Under the pieces are notes generated by a model. It was not told the DNA's origin. It did not search any database and worked only from the letters and a program-made list of their open reading frames with translations. DNA of 64,000 bases. Origin: Vulcanimicrobiota bacterium. Lineage in GTDB: Bacteria; Vulcanimicrobiota; Vulcanimicrobiia; Vulcanimicrobiales; Vulcanimicrobiaceae. Within the stretch, counting starts at the first letter, position 1; each line of letters starts with the position of its first letter. The stretch lies in contig OY970223.1 in assembly GCA_963714015.1 (NCBI GenBank), positions 1,728,001 to 1,792,000 on the forward strand, given 5' to 3'. The position numbers and the translations under genes were made by a program. This document shows, piece by piece, positions 57,871 to 64,000 of this stretch.

Positions 57871-58170
57871 ATGAATTTCGAGCTCCTAGACCGCTACCTT
57901 CTCGAAGAAAAGCCGCCGAAGGCAGCCCTCATCAAGGAGCTGCTCAAGAAACGTTACGATATCCCAGGGGCGGCCGCGTTTTATCAAGGCATGGAGATGC
58001 TCGGAGTTAAGACCCCCGATCTGAGCCTCATCGCGCTGCGGTTGCTGTTGGCCGGCAAGAAAGCCGACGACTCGAACGTCGTCCGCATACGGACGCTGAT
58101 CGAACGTGCCCGGGCAAAAGGGGTAGACGCGCAGGCGAGTATCGACGCGTATCACCGGGAGTTCGAGTGA
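57871..58170 (+). CDS. Hypothetical helical protein (99 aa)
   Basis: MNFELLDRYLLEEK...HREFE has protein-like composition. The upstream part of ORF 57724 is the antisense of the protease gene. Confidence 0.7.
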   Translation: MNFELLDRYLLEEKPPKAALIKELLKKRYDIPGAAAFYQGMEMLGVKTPDLSLIALRLLLAGKKADDSNVVRIRTLIERARAKGVDAQASIDAYHREFE

Positions 58171-58242
58171 TCGCCCCTCCGGGGAGGGTTGCCGAGCGGA
58201 CGGAACCCGGCCCCCGCGTGACGGGGAAAGGCTCCGGCGGAT

Positions 58243-58268
58243 GGAACAAGCCGATTGGTAATCGCGTT
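58243..58268 (+). promoter_or_regulatory. Putative ECF-sigma promoter GGAAC-N17-CGTT
   Basis: GGAAC at 58243-58247 and CGTT at 58265-58268, 12 nt before ATG 58281. Confidence 0.5.
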
Positions 58269-58280
58269 GACTAAGCGGAT

Positions 58281-58655
58281 ATGGCTGTATTTCGGTATTC
58301 GGCGTTACTGGCGATGGCAGCGACCCTTGCGGTCGGCTGCGGTGCGCTTGCTGTTGCCGATCCGGGTCATCATCATGGTCATAAAACGCCGGCAACCGCT
58401 CCCCCGGGTTCGTATGGCGTTCCGCGTTCGCACGCCCTGGTTACAGGGGTCATCGTGGGCGTCGACTATGGGTCCGCCAATATTCTGGTCGGCACACCGC
58501 ACGGTCTCGTTCCGGTAGCCGTCACGCCGACGACGAGCATCATCCGTGGATCATCAGTCGCCTCACTCCCCGATCTTGCACGCGGTACGCGAGTCAGCGT
58601 TGACGTCACCGACATGGGCGGACGCCTCATCGCCCAAATCATTCGCATCCGTTAA
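58281..58655 (+). CDS. Small secreted protein with a His-rich N-terminus and a DUF5666/OB-like beta domain
   Basis: Signal peptide, PGHHHGHK, then VTGVIVGVD..VAVTPTTSI..DLARGTRVSV. Confidence 0.7.
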   Translation: MAVFRYSALLAMAATLAVGCGALAVADPGHHHGHKTPATAPPGSYGVPRSHALVTGVIVGVDYGSANILVGTPHGLVPVAVTPTTSIIRGSSVASLPDLARGTRVSVDVTDMGGRLIAQIIRIR

Positions 58656-59605
58656 CCTTTCGAAGGCGCGGCGCGTCCGCGCCGCTGATTTCACCGTAAC
58701 GGACGGCGAGACGCTGGTTATATTGGGACCGAGCGGCGCCGGAAAGACTTCGCTGCTGCGGCTGCTGGCCGGACTCGAGCGCCCCGATTCCGGCTCCGTA
58801 GTGGTTGACGGCTCGGATGTGACAAACGTCCCTGCGCGCCGGAGGCGTATTGCGCTGGTCACGCAAGAAGACTCACTTTTTCCGCACATGACGGTATACG
58901 ACAATCTGGCCTTCGGCATCCGCGTGCAACGAGGCCGCGGCGCGCAAGCACGCGACCGGATCGGCCACTGGGCGAGGGCGCTGGAAATCGAAGAGTCTGC
59001 TTCATTCACGCCCGGCGAGGATTTCCGGTGGTCAGCGCCAGCGCGTCGCGCTCGCCCGGGCGCTGCTGAGCGATCCGCGTGTCTTGCTCTTGGACGAACC
59101 CTTCGCGCATTTGGATCCGCAATTGCGTTCGCGCGTACGCCGAACGTTTGCGGACGCGCGCAGGCGCTTTACCGGAGCGGCCGTTCACGTGACGCACGAT
59201 CATGCGGAAGCGCTCGCGATCGCCGATCGTCTGGCAATCATGATCGCAGGCGAGATCGTTCAGTACGGAACGCCCCGGTACGTCTACGATTTTCCAGCTT
59301 CGGTCGCCGTCGCCGAATTCTTGGGCTCGCCGCCGATGAATCTCATCTCGAGTGACGGTGTGGTTCTGGGCATCCGTCCGGAACACGTTCGGCTGCATCC
59401 GGAGGGTCAGTTGGAAGGCGAGGTCGTGCGCTGTGAAACGATGGGCGCCGACAGTTATATCGAGGTTCGGACCCCGCAAGGTTCGGTCACCGCGCGAATC
59501 GGTGCTTCCGGCGACACCCCCGAGACGGGCGAGAGCGTTCGGCTCTTGCTTCCCGAAGCTTTCCTGCGCCGTTTCGATGGCCGGACCGGTAAGAGTATCG
59601 ATTGA
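58651..59605 (+). CDS. Sugar/polyamine-type ABC ATP-binding protein (MalK-like), frameshifted at about 58992, start unresolved
   Basis: [22 protein letters not shown]; after removing one base, [46 protein letters not shown]. No start codon is found in frame just upstream of VNLSK. Confidence 0.82.
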
Positions 59606-60576
59606 AATCCGTCACGGCGCTCGCGAGCGGTGTGATCTGCGCCGGTTTTACCGGCTCCCGGATCGACGCAGCACTCGCCAAGCGGCTGGATCGATTGCAA
59701 ATCGGCGGCGTCGTGCTGTTTTCGCGCAACACCCCCTCGCTGGGCGCGACCAGTCAGCTGACGAGGCAGCTCCGGAATATTCTCGATCGCCCAATCATTG
59801 CCGTCGATCAAGAAGGCGGCCGCGTCATGCGGATCACGCAGGGAGCGGCAAAGATTCCACCGATGCGCGAGGTCGGCGACTCGGGCGATACGGGCGCGGC
59901 GGAACGCTACGGTTATGCGGCAGGCTGCGATCTTCGCGCGGCGGGGTGTAACGTCGACTTCGCGCCCGTGCTGGATTTGGGAATACACTCCGGCAGCGTC
60001 ATCGGAGACCGTTCGTTCGGAGCCGATCCGCACATCGTCACGCAAATGGGGGGCGCTTTTGCGCGCGGCCTGCGCAATTCGGGGATCGTTCCCACGTATA
60101 AGCATTTTCCCGGACACGGCTCGACGGCAGTAGATTCGCACCTCGAACTGCCGCAGGTTACGATCGGTGAACAGGAGTTCCGATCGCACGATCTGATTCC
60201 ATTCGCGCAGCTTCTGCCGAACGCGGAAGCGCTGATGACCGCGCACGTCGTCGTGCGCGCTTTGGATCCGCAGCGTCCCGCGACGATCTCGCCGGCGATC
60301 TTGACGGATCTGCTGCGCACCGAACTTCGTTTCCCGGGAGTGTGCTTCACCGACTGCTTGGAGATGGATGCGATCGCCAAAACAACCGGGAGCATTGAAG
60401 GCGCCGTGCAGGCGCTGCAGGCGGGGGCAGATTGCCTGCTTTTCAGTCATCGGCTCGACTTGGCCGAGGGGTCGATCGAAGCGATCGTTCGCGCGGTAGA
60501 AAGCGAAATGCTGCCTTACGATCGGCTTGCCGAAGCCCACGCACGCGTAGAGCGCCTGAAAGAGCGCTTGTGCTGA
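59602..60576 (+). CDS. nagZ: Beta-N-acetylhexosaminidase (GH3)
   Basis: [44 protein letters not shown]. Confidence 0.93.
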   Translation: MKSVTALASGVICAGFTGSRIDAALAKRLDRLQIGGVVLFSRNTPSLGATSQLTRQLRNILDRPIIAVDQEGGRVMRITQGAAKIPPMREVGDSGDTGAAERYGYAAGCDLRAAGCNVDFAPVLDLGIHSGSVIGDRSFGADPHIVTQMGGAFARGLRNSGIVPTYKHFPGHGSTAVDSHLELPQVTIGEQEFRSHDLIPFAQLLPNAEALMTAHVVVRALDPQRPATISPAILTDLLRTELRFPGVCFTDCLEMDAIAKTTGSIEGAVQALQAGADCLLFSHRLDLAEGSIEAIVRAVESEMLPYDRLAEAHARVERLKERLC

Positions 60577-61611
60577 CCGCGCGAAGCTCCTTCGAACGGG
60601 TACACGCCGTACTCGGGAAGGCGTGCGGCAGCATCTTCACTGGGGCGGTCGCGCGGATCGAACACGGCGGCGCCCCAGTCTTCGAACGAGCCTATGGAAC
60701 GACACGAGGAGATGAACTTCAACGCCCCGTCTATGCCGACACGCTTTTCGATTTGGCGTCGCTTACGAAGCTCTTTGCCGGCACGCTCGCGCTGTGCGCG
60801 GTTGGAGACGGGACGCTTCCGTTGGACGGGCCGCTTATCCGTTGGATTCCGCAATGGAAAGGCTTGCCGCAAGAGCGCATCTCCCTGCGCATGCTGCTGG
60901 CGCACACATCCGGGATGAATTCGGGCGCCGATTACCGCAATCTGCTCGACTGGAACGTCGTGCGCTACACGCTCGAGCGCCCGCTGACGGCGCAGCCGGG
61001 TGGGGACGTGATCTACAGCGATCTCGGTTTTATTACGATCGGCGAAGTGCTGGAGCGCGCGCGCGGAAGATCTTTGGGATCGTCGCTGCGCCGTCTGCGC
61101 CGCTCGCCGGTGTTCCGGCCGCCCGCAAATGCCGCGCTCGACATTCCTGCGACCGAACGTGACGCGTGGCGCGGTAGAGTGCAAGGCTACGTTCACGACG
61201 AGAAGGCGTATTTGATGGGCGGAATGGCGGGGCATGCGGGGTTGTTCGGCACGGCGGCGGATGCGGCATGGATCGCCGAGCAATACTTAGCGCCGTTGTG
61301 CGGCCGGGGCAGCGGCGTCTTGAGTTCCGATCTGGCGCGCGAAGCTGACGATCGAGCAGGCGCCGGATCCGGTGCTGCGCCGCGGCCTGGGCTGGGCGCT
61401 CAAGACGAGCGACGAAAACTCGTGCGGCCGCTGGTTCTCTGCGCAGACATTCGGCCACACCGGATTCGTCGGCACGTGCGTGTGGGCCGATCCGCTCCGC
61501 GACTGCAGCGGCGTTCTGTTGACCAACAGCGTCTATTTCGGCCGCAATGACACGCGCGATCTTCGTGCGGCGTTTTACGAAGCGCTCGTCGACGATCTGG
61601 ACCTGCGATGA
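60570..61611 (+). CDS. Serine hydrolase (beta-lactamase class C/AmiE-like), frameshifted at about 61346
   Basis: FDLASLTK (SxxK), LLAHTSG, YSD, VHDE, GHAGLF; the C-terminal RGLGW..FGHTGFVG lies in ORF 61372..61611. Confidence 0.88.
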
Positions 61612-62759
61612 TCGCGGTCGGGTTGATGAGCGGTACGTCGCTCGACGGGATCGACGCGGCACTCGTGCGGATTCGCCCGTACGAAAATTCCTACAAAGTC
61701 GATCTGCTGAACTTCCAGACGGTTGAGTTCGAAGACGAACTGGCGGCGCTTTTGGACGAGCTCTTACCGCCGTCTTCAGGCAGCGTAGCAGGCGTCGCGC
61801 GGGCACATCACGCATTGGGCGAAGCCTTCGCTCGTGCGGTCGAACTCGTCGAGAGCGATATGCCGATCGATTACGTCGCATCTCACGGACAGACGGTTTG
61901 GCACGAAGGCGCAGCGGGGGTGACCTTGCAGATCGGCGATCCGTTCTTGATCCGCGACCGCGCGAACGCGAGCGTCTGCTATGATTTTCGAAGCGGCGAC
62001 TGCGCTGCCGGGGGACAAGGCGCGCCGCTCGTTCCGTACGTCGACGCGCTGCTGCTGCAGGAAGCCGGCGAAGATCGGGTTGCAATCAATATCGGCGGCA
62101 TCGCTAACCTTACCGTGCTTCCTCGCGGAACCGCGGCGTCGAACGTGTCGGCATTCGACAGCGGCCCGGGAAACATGCTCATCGACGCCTACGTGCGATT
62201 GAAAACGGACGGAGAACGGGCTTACGATCGCGGCGGCGAGTTGGCGTTGCGCGGGACAGTCGACGCGGAATTGCTTTCCGCGCTTCTGACGGACGCGTAT
62301 TTCGCCCAAGCGCCGCCTAAAACGACGGGGCGCGAATACTTCGGTTGCCAGTTTTTGGAACGTCATGCCCGCGCGCTGCAAGAGTTATCGTTGGAGGATG
62401 GAGCGGCGACTTTGACGGCGCTCACCGCGGAGTCCATTGCGCGCGCGGTGCGCTCGGTCGCACCGGCCGGAGCACGGGTCATCCTAAGCGGGGGCGGCGT
62501 GCGCAATGCGGCCCTTGCCGGCGGACTGCAAGCACGGCTGGCGGGGTTTCGCGTCGAACGCTCGGACGCCATGGGCATCAATTCCGACGCCAAAGAGGCC
62601 ATCGCGTTCGCCGTGCTCGGATACGAGACGCTGCGGGGCCGGGCTGCGAACGTTCCTGCTGCAACCGGCGCATCGCGTCCGGCGCTGCTGGGTGCGATAG
62701 CACCCTTCGATCTTCCGCAATTGCTGGCAAAGGTACGGTCCGAATGCCGCACCTCGTAG
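61608..62759 (+). CDS. anmK: Anhydro-N-acetylmuramic acid kinase
   Basis: GLMSGTSLDGID, SHGQT, DFR..GGQGAPLVP, NIGGIAN, FDSGPGN, PPKTTGREYF, KEAIAFA. Confidence 0.97.
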   Translation: MIAVGLMSGTSLDGIDAALVRIRPYENSYKVDLLNFQTVEFEDELAALLDELLPPSSGSVAGVARAHHALGEAFARAVELVESDMPIDYVASHGQTVWHEGAAGVTLQIGDPFLIRDRANASVCYDFRSGDCAAGGQGAPLVPYVDALLLQEAGEDRVAINIGGIANLTVLPRGTAASNVSAFDSGPGNMLIDAYVRLKTDGERAYDRGGELALRGTVDAELLSALLTDAYFAQAPPKTTGREYFGCQFLERHARALQELSLEDGAATLTALTAESIARAVRSVAPAGARVILSGGGVRNAALAGGLQARLAGFRVERSDAMGINSDAKEAIAFAVLGYETLRGRAANVPAATGASRPALLGAIAPFDLPQLLAKVRSECRTS

Positions 62760-63640
62760 TCGGCGTCGATGCGGGCGGCTCGAGCACGGTTGTTGCGCTC
62801 GAGCAAGACGGCAATCTGCTGCGCACGCATGAGGGACCGGGAGCCAATGCCAGCAGCCGCGGGGAAGAAGCGGCCGGTGATTCGATCGCCGCAACGATCC
62901 TCTCGGCGCTCGACGGCGCGCTCCCGCATGCGATCTTCGTCGGCGCAGCCGGCGCCGGCCGTCCCGACGTCGCGCAAACGCTTTGCAGTGTACTCGAATC
63001 GCGTTTCCCGGGATCGCGCATCGGCGTACGCGACGACGCATACATTGCCTTACGCGCGTGCGTTCCCGAAGGCGACGGCGCCGTGGTGATAGCCGGAACG
63101 GGTTCGATTGCTTATGCGCAGCGAGGAAACGCCGAGTTCCGCAGCGGCGGGTACGGCTATTTGCTCGGTGACGAAGGATCGGGCTTTTCCATCGGGGCCG
63201 CGGCGCTGAAACTCGTGCTGCGCGCGTTCGACGAACGAGCGCCGCGCGAACCCTTTGTCGAGATTCTGGCAGCGCGTCTTGGAGTCGAGGACGGCAATGC
63301 GATCCTGCGTACCATCTACGGAAACCGCAATCCGATCGCAGCAATCGCCGCGGTCGCGCCGATCGTTCTGGAACATGCCGATCTGGGGGATCGAAGCGCC
63401 AACAAGATCGTCCAGGCGGCCGCGCTCGAACTCTCCGAGATGGCGAAATCGATCGTCAAACGTGCCGATCTCGCGCATAGCGGCGCACCGCTGGTTCTGG
63501 CGGGATCGCTGCTAAGAAACAATAGCCTGCTGACATTCTTGCTGGAGTCGAGGCTGAAGAACGATTTGCCTGAAATGCCGGTGTTCAAGGCGCAAGCGCA
63601 GCCGTTTTCGGGAGCGCTAGCTGCGGCTCGTCGCCTGTAA
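62744..63640 (+). CDS. BadF/BadG/BcrA/BcrD-family sugar kinase (GlcNAc/MurNAc kinase-like)
   Basis: GVDAGGSST, GAAG, DA, IAGTGS, GGYGYLLGDEGSG. Confidence 0.9.
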   Translation: MPHLVVGVDAGGSSTVVALEQDGNLLRTHEGPGANASSRGEEAAGDSIAATILSALDGALPHAIFVGAAGAGRPDVAQTLCSVLESRFPGSRIGVRDDAYIALRACVPEGDGAVVIAGTGSIAYAQRGNAEFRSGGYGYLLGDEGSGFSIGAAALKLVLRAFDERAPREPFVEILAARLGVEDGNAILRTIYGNRNPIAAIAAVAPIVLEHADLGDRSANKIVQAAALELSEMAKSIVKRADLAHSGAPLVLAGSLLRNNSLLTFLLESRLKNDLPEMPVFKAQAQPFSGALAAARRL

Positions 63641-64000
63641 ATGGAACGCGTTCCTCAAACCGAACACGCCAATCCACGCACCGGCGATTTGGATGTACTT
63701 TCCACTGTCGATCTGGTTCGCACCTTAGCGGAAGAGCATCGCACGGCAGCCGATGCGGTACTTGACGCCGGCGACCAATTGGCGGCGGCCGTTGACGAAA
63801 TTGTGCGCCGGCTGAGCGGCGGCGGAAGACTTCATTACGTCGGCGCGGGGACCAGCGGCCGGCTTGGCATTCTCGATGCTTCCGAGATGCCGCCGACGTT
63901 CGGAACCGATCCGTCCCTGGTGTGCGCGCACATTGCCGGCGGCGAGGCGGCGGTGACGGGCGCGGTCGAAGGAGCGGAAGACGATGCGGCCGCGGGGCAG
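63641..64000 (+). CDS. murQ: N-acetylmuramic acid 6-phosphate etherase, 3'-truncated by the window edge
   Basis: Manual translation: MERVPQTEHANPRTGDLD..GGRLHYVGAGTSGRLGILDASEMPPTFG..IAGG..AVEGAEDD. Absent from the ORF track because it has no stop. Confidence 0.95.
   Translation, partial: MERVPQTEHANPRTGDLDVLSTVDLVRTLAEEHRTAADAVLDAGDQLAAAVDEIVRRLSGGGRLHYVGAGTSGRLGILDASEMPPTFGTDPSLVCAHIAGGEAAVTGAVEGAEDDAAAGQ

Noticed and set aside
58181..58250. GGAGGGTTGCCGAGCGG resembles a tRNA 5' end
   Set aside because: No T-loop (TTCRA), anticodon arm or matching acceptor stem follows.
60570..61611. Beta-lactamase resistance gene
   Set aside because: Its position between nagZ and anmK and the VHDE/GHAGLF motifs fit a cell-wall recycling hydrolase better.

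Overview
A GC-rich, gene-dense bacterial chromosomal window with about 65 CDS. I could not recognise any rRNA, tRNA, CRISPR array, integrase, transposase or phage gene. The TonB-dependent receptor and periplasmic adaptor point to a diderm cell envelope. The overall gene style would fit Ca. Eremiobacterota/Vulcanimicrobiota, but that is an impression and not a computed assignment. The left two-thirds is accessory: formylglycine-generating enzyme, an MBL-fold/Rieske protein resembling mycobacterial NamH, GGT, M28 peptidase, a FecR/DUF6600 protein with a His/Pro tandem repeat, a HAD-ATPase fusion, GGDEF-EAL, ada plus a 2OG-Fe(II) oxygenase, a MocR locus, a 10 kb cluster of three PadR, two ADOP-type permeases, an MFP, an ABC ATPase and a secreted HExxH protein, an MFS transporter, a GT39-like mannosyltransferase, tdk and a cysteate-synthase-like gene. 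The right third is more core: GerMN, amidase, murI, dxs, secG, oppD/oppF, PilZ, a TonB receptor and a peptidoglycan-recycling operon (nagZ, serine hydrolase, anmK, sugar kinase, murQ). At least eight genes are split by apparent single-base indels, most likely long-read errors. The most interesting items are the NamH-like gene, the PadR/ADOP cluster with two identical promoter hexamer pairs and repeated operator-like boxes, the cysteate synthase homolog, and evidence of widespread leaderless transcription. All functional calls come from motif recognition by eye; no database search was run.
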